Assembly (NCBI GenBank): GCA_038087875.1
Contig: CM075987.1
Coordinates: 19,036,001 to 19,096,000, forward strand
Direction: 5' to 3'
DNA: 60,000 nt
Origin: Malacoraja senta
Lineage: Eukaryota
Shown: positions 23,773 to 35,642 of the stretch, piece by piece
How positions within the stretch are numbered: position 1 is the first letter of the stretch
Layout of the letters: every line of letters begins with the position of its first letter
The notes under the pieces: model-generated
Databases searched by the model: none
What the model saw: only the letters and a program-made list of their open reading frames with translations
What the model was told of the DNA's origin: nothing
Program-made: the position numbers and the translations under genes

Positions 23773-26700
23773 AACCTTTACATAGATTCCAACATCTGCA
23801 GTCTTCTATGCCTTGGACCATAACTTACAGAATATAGAACACTACAGCACAAGAACAGTTCTTTCGGCCTGCAATATCTGTGCTGATCGTGATGCCAAGA
23901 TAGAACTATCTCCACTGCCTGCATGCAAGACATATCTTTCCATTCCCAGCGTATCAATGTGCCTACCTAAAAGCTTCAAACACCAACACCCACACATGTT
24001 GCATGTTCTTGGCACCCACCACTCGATGCAACCTGCGTTGCTTTTTCTGATGACCAGGAGTGCAGGCAAAACAGGCAACTAAGCTACTGTGGAGGGAAGT
24101 TATGTCCTCTACCAGCTTGTGTCGGTTTCTCTGAGCCCTCAGGAGCATTTCCCGTCCCCTCATCATGGCAGTTTCCTCTGTTTAAGCAGCAGCACTTTCC
24201 AACAGCTGGAAGAGTGTTGTTCGTGTTGTGTTATGTCTGTTTAAGCACTGGTTGCCAAGATTACTGCTAGGATATTTCCCAGCAAATGCCAGACCCTTTT
24301 GCAATAGATTAGCCTATCTTGAAACAGACACAGCCAAGCATTGCACCAGGAAACCTCACAAAGGATGATCTGTGGGACTTTTACAAACTGAGTTTGGGTA
24401 ACACATAATGTAGCACAATTAACAATTAGGAAAGCAATTTCTATCAGCTCCATTTAAAGAGAAGAGGAATCAGGAGCTGAAGCAACTCCAATAACAGCAA
24501 AGTATTTCTTCTGACTAAAATGCAGTGAATGGAGGATAGTTACACGTAAATAACGCACTTAAAATTAATTTCAGTCACTTACAGCTGTGCTAGTAAATTG
24601 CCCAATCATCTCCACTCTGCGATTATAGCATTCTCACCAAAGGCGGTCATTTCTCTTTTAAAGTGATGCAGGCCAAGTGATGGGTGTCAGCCAAGTCATT
24701 AATTTAAATGCAGCTCAGCTGAATGGAGCCACAACTGAAAATTACAACAGCTCCTCTGCACTGCGTGGGTCTTGCACCAACATCACACACTGACAGTTCT
24801 CCACGCATGCACAGGGCATAAAAGAGTGCAGGAACCCAAACCAGAAAAGGCAGCTTAGCCCATGTTGTTCTGACACTACGATAATTACTGACTTAATAGG
24901 TCCCAGGAGAAACCACTTCATCTCTAATGCAGACCTGTCACAGCGATATGTGCCAACTGTGTAATTATCATACATCTCGAGCTATTCAATTGGCACTCTC
25001 CTTCACAAGTACATGCATTGACAGGAGAGATAGAGTAACACGTCTGGCCCAAGGCTAACTCCTCCGTCACACAGTCGTCAGGCTAATGGCCAGAGCCATC
25101 ACTTGTTTTGCACTTTGAAGTGCACTTTCTGTTAAAATGCCTTGCCTGGTAAGGTGCAATAACAATACATTACAGCGGGAAGAGGGAGCAGGTAACAGTG
25201 CAGAGCCTGCAAAGTGATTATTAGAGGTTGTGGGGGACAGGTTTAAAAAAAATAGATGAGCAGGAGAAAAGTAGACGTAATAAATGTGATCGATCAGTTA
25301 TGTGGCACGAACAATGAGATTAAGATTGTTACATGAATTTGCTTGTGGTCTCCTGGATACAACAGTGCAATGGCAAATTTACTGGACCAGAAAGGCTGAA
25401 CTAAGACTCCAGACACAGATCAAATGCAACCATGGTAGCACGATGATGGGAATTTATTTGCGAAATAATGCCAGCAATACTGTTAACAGTGGCTGTCAGT
25501 AAAAATGACTGTGCAGCAGGAAGATTGTTGCAAAGACTCAAAACGTTCATTAAAATATTTTTGGGAAGTCATTTAGCCATCCTTAAGCAGTCTGGCCAAT
25601 ATGCACTTAAATTCCACATCAATATTCCAACCTCTTAACAGTTTTCTGAAGTCATCTAACTAGCTATACTATCTCAGGATAATTGGGGATTGGTGACTGA
25701 CTAAGATTGAAGGTCAACAACTCAAGAGCATTAGTGGCTGCTTCACATCCAATATTACATAACCACACCTGGGATCATAATTGACCCAACCAGAATCATT
25801 GCCCAGATGGAGACAAATCCTCCTGCTGAGCCAGAGGCTGTTGTTTTTCCACAGCACATCAAATTATCGGACTACAGCCTGATCTGATGAATAACACAAC
25901 GCTATAACTGTCTTCATACCAGACATTGGTTTAGGTCTATTATTGTTACATATATTGGGGTACAGTGAAAAGCTTTGTTTTGCATGCTATCCAAACAGAT
26001 CAGATATACTATACAAAATATAATCAAGTTAAACTCAAGTACAATACTTAGAGCAAAGGGGGAAATAAAGTTCAGAATATATTTCTCGACGTTGTTGTGC
26101 ATCAGTTCCATAGACAAAGCCCAATGTCCGCAATGGGGTAGAGATGAATCGGCAGATCCTCGTTTGTGGAAGGACCATTCAGAAGCCTGATAACAGAGGG
26201 GAAGAAGCTGTTGCTGAGTCTGGTAGCGATTCAACGTCTGCAATTACTGAGAAATCAGTGGGTCTGCCCAGAATATCCTATTGGAACAACTTGTAAGCTG
26301 GATCTCCACTGTTCATCCCCTGCAGACATCCATGGGCACTGAGATAGAAATTAAAGGTTTCTTTAAAAAATAATAAATCCTTTCAGTGTAATTATTCGCC
26401 AGAAGGTGATTATGCTACCCACACTAGTCACCAATTAGGTTTGGTGGGAATCTCATAGTGACTCTATTTTGGACTCGGGGTATGTTTATTCCGTAGTTAC
26501 TGATGTACAGGATTCACATGTCATCATAAAATCTCAACACATTATTAGCTTACCCAGTACTTTCACCCCACCTACCACAGATCATCAGTTTATGATATTA
26601 GTTCAGCGTTGGAGTGTAAAATTATTGCTAAATGTATTCTCAAGCGTAAAATCACTGATCACATGAAGCCAGAAGGCTGAGCCCTAAGGTAATGCAGATC

Positions 26701-26865
26701 TGAAACTGAAATACAACATCCTAATTTACACTTCTTTAAAGTGCAGCTGTAGATTAGGGCCAGGGGAAGATTTACAACACTCTGCCTTAGTTAGCTTATT
26801 TCCATCTGAGTTTTATGCTTTACTTTGTTTAAAAAATATATAAATTCCACATTTCATTTAATGAC

Positions 26866-27652
26866 GGGTGCCGTCGAGTGTGGCTGCCCAGCCTGCAGCT
26901 GTCCATCCTTTCACCCGTTTTTTTTTTTTTAGTATAGTTGGAGGTCTAATCTTTTTTATGTGGGGAGGGGGGGGGGGGGAAACTATTTTTCTCAGTCCCT
27001 ACCTGGTCGGAGATGCAGCTTTTCTCCAGGCTGTATCTTGGCCTCTTCCGTGCGGCCTACCACCGGGACTGCTGGGGCCGGCCAGAACGTCGACTTCGGC
27101 AGCAGCGCAGCGCTGAGGCGCCATCGCGGAGTGGGCTATGCCTTGCCCGGGTCGCCGTGCGGTGGGCTCTGGAGTGCTGAGACCGCCGACTCCCAACATC
27201 GCAGAGCTGTGGTTGCGGAGCTTCCGGCCGTGGCGGCGCTGACTTTCAAACACCGCGGAGCCTGCGATCTCTTGCCGACCAGCGCAGCCTGTGGACTTCG
27301 GGAACCGCGGTCTCTGGCAGTAAGCGGCCGTTCCAAACGCTCCAAGCCGCTGAAGAGTGTTCTCCCGACGCCGAATCCCCGTCATCCGGCGAGAGGGCCT
27401 GAACATCGGGCCGCCGATGTGGCGACTGCGGAGGCCTCAATAGGCCCGACCATGGGTGAACAAGGGGAAGAGGACTGGACTTTGTGCATTCCCTAACAGT
27501 GGGAACAATTGTGGGGGGGATGTTTCAATGTTCAATGTTCAATTTTTTTTTTAATGTGGTGCCTTACTTTTATCGGTGTGCTGCAAATGGCAACTCAAAT
27601 TTCACTACACCAGAAATGGTGTATGTGACAATAAATGTCCTTTGTCCTTTGA
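26866..27652 (+). mobile_element. GC-rich non-coding retroposon with a Rex1-like tail (copy B)
   Basis: T-run / G-run / hairpin head, CpG-rich body, tail tatgtgacaataaa(tgtcctt)2. Confidence 0.65.
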
Positions 27653-28274
27653 CACAGAAGGTGTCTTATTATTGCCAATTGCACCCAGGTAAAGTAAAAG
27701 GTTTTGTTTGCATGCTATGCAATGAAATCAGATCGTACACTACACATGTACAATCTATTCATACTCGTACAACAGGTAGAGCAAAGAGAAAAATACCAGA
27801 GTGCAGAATGCATAGTGCAGGGTTTTTTTTGCAGCATTGTAGCATCAGAGAGAACATTTCCAATGTCTGCAATGTGGTAGGTTGGAAGCTAGGGACTACC
27901 TCATAACTTATGGGAGGACCATTCAGTGGTCTGATGACAGAGGAGAAGAAACTGGTCCTGATTCCACCAGTAAATGTTTTCTAACTGTGCCTGATGGGAA
28001 AGGAGAAGAAGAAGAAATAACTGGAACCAATGAACCTATGCCAATTCCCAGCCATCTCATTCCCTAGTCTCTGATATATGAGGCACCGTCAGCGATGGCA
28101 ACGGGAAAGGAATGGAGGGTTATGGTCTAAGTGCAGGTAGATGGGACTAGGGAGAAGTATTTATTAAAAAAATTAAAATAAAAAATAAAATAAAAAAATA
28201 AAAAATAAAAAATGTTCGTCACGGACTTGAAGGGCCGAGATGGCCTGTTTCCGTGTTGTAATGGTTATATGGTA

Positions 28275-29290
28275 GCCTCGCCAGCAGTCTGCCTGTCTTT
28301 TCATCATTTTTGTTATTTTTAGTGTGTTTTAAAATTTGTGTTAATGTTCTCTGGTTTGATTTATGTGGGGAGTGGGGGAAGGAGTTGGCAGAAACTTTTT
28401 TTCAATCTCTTACCTTGCCGGAGATGTGATTGTTTTCCGGATCATATCTCCGGTCGATCTGTGGCTTAACATCATGTAGCTGGCAGCCTTGCTCGAGACT
28501 GACTTTGAGCCCCACCGCAGGGCCGTGGACTTATCATCGGAGCCTGTAATCCTTTCCCTGGGATCGATGCTCCAACCGTGGCCTGCGGATTTCACCATTG
28601 AGGATCTCGCAGTCTCGGGTAGAGACTGATGTCGGGAAGCTCCAAGTCGCAGAAGGTTTCGACCAGCCCCGACCCGGGGTCAGATCGCCCGGCACGGGGG
28701 AGCTGAGATTCCCCCCCCCCCCCCCCCGATGCAGGAGCTTGATTGCCCCGATCGCCGGCTACAGCAATTGTATTTGTTAGTCTGTGTTCAAGATGGCGGT
28801 CGGAGGGGAGAGTGGATGCTGGCGTTAAATTGCCGCTGCTCTCTCCTCAAATTGTGCTTCTGATTTTCTTTTTTTTGTTGTGTTTTTGGAAGGAATTCTG
28901 TCCCTGATTTATGTATTGGTCTTTATAACCTTTTTTTTTAAAATTCTGATTATATGTTTTCTATAAATCTCTGTATGGTGTCCTTGAGACCTCGGTATAA
29001 GGCGCCCGTAAATAAAATCCATTATTATTATTATTATTACAGGAGCCAAGATCGCCCCGTCAACAGAAGGCTTGAGGCCCCCGACTGCGGGAGAACAAAG
29101 AAGGGAAGAGATTGAACTTTTTTTTTTGTCTTCCATCACAGTGAGGAATGTGGAGGAGTCACTGTGGTGGAATTTTATGATACAATGTATTTTGTGTGTC
29201 TTGGTGCTTTTTTTATTGGTATGACTGTATGGCAAATCAAATTCCTCGTATGTTGCAAAACATACTTGGCTAATAAACTATGATTATGTT
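28275..29290 (+). mobile_element. GC-rich non-coding retroposon (copy C) with a nested insert at about 28765-29038
   Basis: Same head and 3' hairpin as copies A and B; tail tacttggctaataaactatgattatg. Confidence 0.65.
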
Positions 29291-30119
29291 TATGCCCATG
29301 AATACCCCCCCCCCTTAATTTAGTTGGTTAATTAATGGGCAATTAACCAACTAAATAGTTGGGGGGAATTAAACTGGAGAGTGCAGGAAGATGTGGGTGG
29401 TGGAGAAAGGAGACCATACTAATTGCACACAGGTAGCAAAGTTCAGAATCAAAACAAGGTCACTGGGGCAGTGAGACAGCTGCACTTCCAACAACTGCCC
29501 AAGTACTTGATGCCAAACCAATCAAACAGAATGAAAAATTGAAATGCGTTCAACATCTGGGATGTACTCCAGTCCCTATGTAGTGAATGTCATATTTGTA
29601 CTCTGTACAATAATAATGAATGTTACGGCCAATTTCTGGTCCACGTTCATCCTGTTTTAGCTCAGCATTCCCTTGATGTGTCATAAATTATTACAATTTT
29701 CAATGTGTTGTGGTGTCTGCAGCCAGTTCCCAAGGATAAATTCCACAATATGAGCAACACTCTCCCTCTCACTGGGGAATGAAACTATTGAAGGAATGGA
29801 AGTTATAGTGACAATAAGTGGGGACATTCATGAGTGCAGCCAAGAGTTAGTTCATAGGGATCTGGACAAGCTGGAGAAAAATTGTGTTTGCAAGGTTCAC
29901 ATTCCTTTTATCAGGGGACCAGGAAAGGCTCCAGAATAAGTCCGGTGCTCGTGAGAGGATGTTGCCTGGGAGATCTCAACATGAAATGCAGCCTGTGAAT
30001 ACTTACTCTTCAGGAACTCCAGTGGTGCTCATGGAGGCAGATATGATAATGGCTTTTAAGAGGCTTTTACATGGGCACTTGGAAAGGAGGGATATGTAAA
30101 ACCTGGATGTATCATCAGG

Positions 30120-30460
30120 CTTGGATAGAGTGGATGTGGAGAGGATGTTTCCACTATTGGGAGAGTCTCGGACTAAAGGTCATAGCCTCAGAATTAAAAT
30201 GGATGTTCCTTTAGGAAGGAGGTGAGAGGAATTTTGTTAGTCAGAGGGTGGTGAATCTGTGGAATTCTTTGCCACAGAAGGCTTTGGAGGCCGTCAATGG
30301 ATATTTTTAAGGCAGAGATTGATAGATTCTTGATTAGTATGGGTGTCAGAGGTTATGGGGGGGAAAGCAGGAGAAAAGGGTTAGGACGGAGAGATCAATC
30401 AGAATTGATTGAATGGAGTAGACTTGATGGGTCACATTGCCTAATTCTGCTCCTATTACT
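30120..30460 (+). mobile_element. CR1 LINE 3' fragment
   Basis: cagagggtggtgaatctgtggaattc block and CR1 tail; similar fragments at about 3630-4005, 7870-8172, 17190-17455, 32270-32475, 36550-36800, 53920-54290, 59460-59745 (+) and 30855-31190 (-). Confidence 0.85.
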
Positions 30461-32944
30461 TATGGAGTTCAACTACCGGTTTAACTTGACAAGTTTAACT
30501 TGGCATCATGTATGGCATGGTCATTCTTAGACAAAGGGCCTTTTCCTTTGCTGAAGTGCTCTATGTTCCATTATAAACCATGCTTCTCTACGATTATAAC
30601 CTGACTACAAACCTCATGTTCTGTTGTATTTTAATGAAGCAAGCCAGTACGGCAACACCAGTATGCGAAAGGCAACTGTGCAAACAACAGATGGTGACGA
30701 TGTAATTTAATAGGATAAGTATTAGTAGATGGGGTGTTGCAATTCACAATTGCCAATCTACTAAATGTCCTCAAAGCAAAATTATCCTATTTCATGTTTC
30801 TTATCCTAGCTTTGAAGATAGAACCTTTTATCAACTAAGTGGAGTAAATGGAATTATCGAACATGGAACATTACAGCCTCAAACATGCCCTTTGGCGCAC
30901 AATGTCCACCCCAACACAATGTCAAGTTGAGCTGATCTTGTCTCCCTGCACACGATCCATATCTCTCGATTTCCAGTACATCCAAAAGCCTCTTAAATGC
31001 CACCATCACTAGTGCCTCCACAACCACCCCCAGCAGCATGATCCAGGCACCCACCATTATCTATGCAAAAAAAAATTACTCCACACATCTCCTTTAAATG
31101 ATGCCACTCTCACCTTAAAGCTACGCCCTCTTGTCTTTGACATTCCCATCCTGGGCAGAAGCTTCTGACTGTCTAGTCCATCTATGCCATCTATGGTTCT
31201 TTCAGAAATATAAAATCAACCACAGTCTATTTGAAAGCCAGCACAGGCTCATTGGGCTGGATTTTCCCCAATCATTTATGTTCCTCCAACATGTTATAAG
31301 CCATGTCATTTAGTCAAGGATCAACTGTAGAGGAAAGTAGCCTCGGAATGCATTTGAATAAAGTCTAAGTGGATAGTTTCATCTTCATTGATGATATTTG
31401 CTGTGTTTTGTAAACTTTTCACAAATGATAGTTTGTGCAAGACCTTTCTTCACCTGGTTCTTTGAAAAGTGATCCGTGTTGGACTAGACGTTCATTTTAG
31501 TATCTATCTTTATTTATCTTTGACAGTATGACGATGCTTGCCTGCGAGTTGATTAACAGAACCTGCTCTTCAAATTGCCTTTTGAGCTTGATCAATATAA
31601 AGCAAGATAGGTGTGTGAATACCTCCAAATTTGAACCTTTAAGTGGTGGTAGAGTGGATGTATTCTTATACCTACGTGGAAATAGATGCATGTATGCAGC
31701 ACTTACACAATGCACAGACAAAATCATCTATTTATGTGAATTTAATGTGTGGTGGGCAGCAATTTATACCAGCATTGAATAGAACATTCTCCATTCGCAG
31801 AGTATTAAATTAAGAGGAAAAAAACCCAGCTAACGGGGTCAGAAGAGATTCAACAATATAAACTGCATCAGTAAATCAGTAAAAGTGAATAAATCAATTC
31901 ACAGATGTTTGAATTTTTAAAACAAATATTTCTTAGCACACCCTATAACTGTACAAAGCAACAAAGATCTTGCCTTTGCAGAATCCTGATAATATGTTAG
32001 CACTACCACAGGGTCCAAAGGCTAGAGGTTCAAGAAAACTGTAAAAACTAGAACCAATTCAAAGACAGCAATAATTTGCAGCACTTTCCATACTAGAAGG
32101 AACTTAACAAGCTTCAAAAAGAACATACAAAATAAGCCACGTATCTAAAAAACAGACGTTATTGGTCAGATTTTGATTTAAATTAATATGTAACAGATGA
32201 GAGATGAGTAGAAATTTAAGGAGATAATTTCAGAGCATCCGGCCGACCGAATTTCGGAGCTTCTTACTATTAAGGGTGCAGCGTAGGTTCACCAGGTTAA
32301 TTCCCGGGATGGCAAGATAGAGAGTTACATATAGCTCTTAGGGCTAAAGGAATCAAGGAATATGGGGAGAAAGCAGGAACAGGGTACTGATATTGGATGA
32401 TCAGCCATGATCATATTGAATGGCGGTGCTGGCTCGAAGGGCCGAATGGCCTACTCCTGCACCTATTTTCTATTTGAAAGAACTTAAGGCATGGATACCA
32501 ATGATGGTGTGAGTCAAATCGGCAACTGTAAAAGTCCAGATACCAAGCCAAACAAAATAGTATGATCTACCAGGAAATCAATGACCTGACTTGTAGGGAA
32601 AAAAAACATTGGATTGAATAATAGATTAGTGCTTATCAACTGCATCATGCTGCAGCAAGCGCAGTTAATTCATTCTATTAGATTGAGGTTTTTAGTAAGA
32701 AAATAAAGTCCATGTGGTCACAGAATGAACTGCAGATGCTGGAATCTTCAGCTAAACACAAAGGGCTGGAGGAACTTAGCAGGTCAGGAAGCCTCCTTGG
32801 ATGGAATGGACATGGAATGATCCGAAACATTACCTTTCCATTCCATCCACAGAAACAGCCTGACCCACTCAGTTCCTCCAGCACGTGTTTTTGCTCAAAA
32901 GTCAATGTGGTGATAACCCCTGAAACAATGAAATGGTCACTTGC

Positions 32945-33597
32945 CTTTGTAGGTTGGTGCTGGTCGGGCAAAGGTCACTTTCCTGATCAAGCATTTCTCT
33001 GAACCACCCTTGTGGGCCTTCTGCCTGTGAAATGGGACAGGATGTTCTTGAGGTAGATTTAAGATGGTCCTTGCAAACTGCTGCTCCTTCTGCAACTTCC
33101 TCTGCAGCCTTATTCGCTCCTTAAGCTCCTCCAATTTGTTGGTGGGAGATTTGCTGAGTTTCAATTCCAGGCACTGCATAAGTGGGCTTCCACAAGGACT
33201 TAGGCAAGACGCAACTACTAAAGGCTCTGGAGAATTTTTCCGATGTGACATCTGTCTTTGGCTACAAAAGTGAAATGCCAAGTTGCCAACTGGAGGACCT
33301 CCTTCCAGGTTACATGTGTTGGATCTGCTGCAGACATCTTGCTCAGTTGCCTGGTGGCAGCCTTGCTCTGAAACACCCCAATTAGCCAACACTTGCAATC
33401 TTGCTGGGACAAGTCTAGTTGGCGAGTTATCATTTGACGTTTGGTTGCTGGTTATCAGTGTCTGATTAACATCAGGCAGTTGAGCACCTTGATCAATTAT
33501 CTCATTTCGTGAAGGTTTTGTTCTCTCATTCCAAAACATTCCTCTCGAAGAATCATAATTTTCCATTTCGTGTTTGAACATTCCATTGTTATTTGAC
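32945..33597 (-). CDS. CCDC187: CCDC187-like coding exon 5 (coiled coil KLEELKERIRLQRKLQ; ends RKVTFARPAPTYK)
   Basis: ttctccaacag| acceptor, 653 nt open, phase 2->1, GC donor AAG|gcaagt; the motif resembles CEP350 RKVATAPPAPAYKGF. Confidence 0.85.
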
Positions 33598-34699
33598 CTG
33601 TTGGAGAATTTGAAGAACACATGACAGTGCTCGAACAAACAAATGTATGCATGCAAATAAGTTGATAACTTACTTTCAAATAGAAATAATCATTAAATTG
33701 TCTTCTCTGGCCCCTTCCCTCCCCAAATGCTAGCTGAGTTCCTTCAGAAGTTTGTCTTTTGCCCTGCTCCTATTTTGTGTTTCTGTGCTTTGAAGTGAAA
33801 AATAAACCATGGAGTATGATTGCATGGTGGTTGAGATACTGAACTCGAATCCAGAGGCCTGGGCTATTGATCCAGAAAGACAAGTTTGAATTTCACCATG
33901 GTAGCTGGGGATTTTTTAATTTAAATATTGAAACAAAATAGAATTAAAATAGAGTACAAATTCAATGGATTGTTGTAAAAACCTATCTGATTGACTAGCT
34001 TCATTCAGAGAAAGAAAAATCTGTCCTTATCCAGAGTGTTCTCTATATTAATCCAAACCCATTACTTTGAAAACAACATTTTGTCAATTTAACTTTTGTC
34101 ATTAATATTCACTTCCCATGTATAAAAAAAACACACATTGCTTGCAGATGCTGAAAACTCTCTAAGGAGAGTAGAAATCCAGAGCTAGGAAGAAATAGCA
34201 GGGAGCAGAGGACTAATAAGCGAGTTCGGTATTCCGACTGCGCATGCCAAGGTCAAAGGTCACTGCATAAATATTGCTGGAAGCAGTGGAGCTGTGTACT
34301 TTTAGACCTTTATCTGTTTGTCCAGCTTTGCTTCTTCTAGGTAAGAAAATACTACTTTCAAACTATGAATTAGTTGTATTTTTGTTCCTTTGTTAAAAGC
34401 TAAGATTATTTTGTTGTTTTTATTGCTATATAATGCTTTGGTGAGTGAGCGAGATCGTGCTTGTCTGTGGTCGGGGTCGGGCCCGGGTCTCCAGCACTGT
34501 GGAGTTGCTGCTGGGCCGTCCCTGTTCCCTCCCGAGTGTCCCGTCCATGTCCGGGGTCGGCCGGAGGTGTCGACCCAGGCTTGCAGCCGGCGCGGGGAGG
34601 AGGCACTGACTTCAGCTCCCGGAGAGGTCCGTTCCCTGGTGGGCCGGGGACTGTCGGCTGCGCCACTCTCCTTGCCCAGTGGCTGTCGGTTGGTCCCCT

Positions 34700-34970
34700 C
34701 GGTGCTGGCGGGGGATGGAGTTGGCGCTTCTCCAAGCTAGCTGTGGGCCTGGGGCCACTGGGGCCCATCGTTCCAGGGCTGTTGGTTGGCCTGGCGAGAC
34801 AGCCGTAGTTGAGCTGAGGTTGGCGCTTCTCCGTGCTGGCTGTGGGCCTGGGGCCGCTGGTGTTGTCAGTCCGGGACTGTCGGTTGGCCTGGCGCGACAG
34901 GCGGAGATGAGCTGGGGTAGCTCTTCTTCTCCGTGCTGGCTGTGGGCCGCTGGTGTCGTCGGTCCAGGGT
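34700..34970. repeat. GC-rich tandem repeat with a period of about 100 bp
   Basis: ctgtgggcc recurs at 34741, 34840 and 34940 with similar flanks. Confidence 0.8.
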
Positions 34971-35141
34971 TGCCCTGGACGTCTCCGGCCACCCCCCAGA
35001 CAGGGATGGGACACTCGGGGGAGGGGGTTGGTCCAGTGGCGGTTTAGCAATGCTTGCGGCGCCGGGAACCCGGTTCGATCCTGGTTGCAGATGAGGCGCG
35101 GGTCTGTGTGCACGCTCTCCCCTGTCTCCCACTCGCATCTG

Positions 35142-35143
<2 letters not shown>

Positions 35144-35175
<32 letters not shown>
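35144..35175. repeat. (CT)n microsatellite
   Basis: Read directly from the sequence. Confidence 0.95.
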
Positions 35176-35178
<3 letters not shown>

Positions 35179-35512
35179 ACACCCCGCTTTCCCGCTACCT
35201 GTTCCTTTGGGGGGGGGGATGAGAGTTTTACACAAATTTTGAATAAAGATAAGAATTTATACACAGTTTCTTCAGTCAGCGCTTCGTTCGCTTTTTCTTT
35301 ATGCTGAATGACCTTTGACAAATCCCATGATTCTTTGCGTTTTTTCAGAATACCGAACTCGCTTATTGTTTAGTTCTTTTGAAGCCAGCACAGGCACACT
35401 GAATGAACTCTAATAATCACCATTTGTTCATCAGATTCATTTGCTTTTCTCATTTTGCAAAGGGAATCCCAAATTTCAGGAATTAAACCAAGAACAATCA
35501 AGATCAGTTTAC

Positions 35513-35642
35513 CTGCTGAAGGTTGGAGTCCATTCGCGAGACAGGGTCCTCTGCTTGTCCAGTCTGCAGTTCGTCGTGGAAGTTGGTCGATACATTGAAC
35601 TTCTCTCACTTGGAAGGCTGCTGGTATTCTTTGCTCTGCATC
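35513..35642 (-). CDS. CCDC187: CCDC187-like coding exon 4 (GCRAKNTSS...TPTFS)
   Basis: ttgttgttgtag| acceptor, CAG|gtaaac donor, 130 nt, phase 1->2 bridges its neighbours. Confidence 0.7.

Larger units (their letters stand above)
22430..23812 (+). mobile_element. Decayed Penelope-like element (GIY-YIG region, ORF end, pLTR) split by two SINEs
   Basis: Nucleotide similarity to 57580-57775; EQHLIFHLDSLQLNSMNIELSNFR ORF end; pLTR-like sequence at 23390-23470 and 23780-23812. Confidence 0.7.
34215..35367. mobile_element. Non-autonomous element with 20-bp perfect terminal inverted repeats
   Basis: aataagcgagttcggtattc at 34215-34234 and its reverse complement at 35348-35367; imperfect subterminal inverted repeats. 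Confidence 0.7.

Noticed and set aside
26960..27496. 178-aa ORF and antisense ORFs in the GC-rich element
   Set aside because: Not conserved among the three related elements; explained by GC content
34390..35321. Several overlapping ORFs of 100-235 aa
   Set aside because: They result from stop-poor GC-rich tandem repeat and (CT)n sequence
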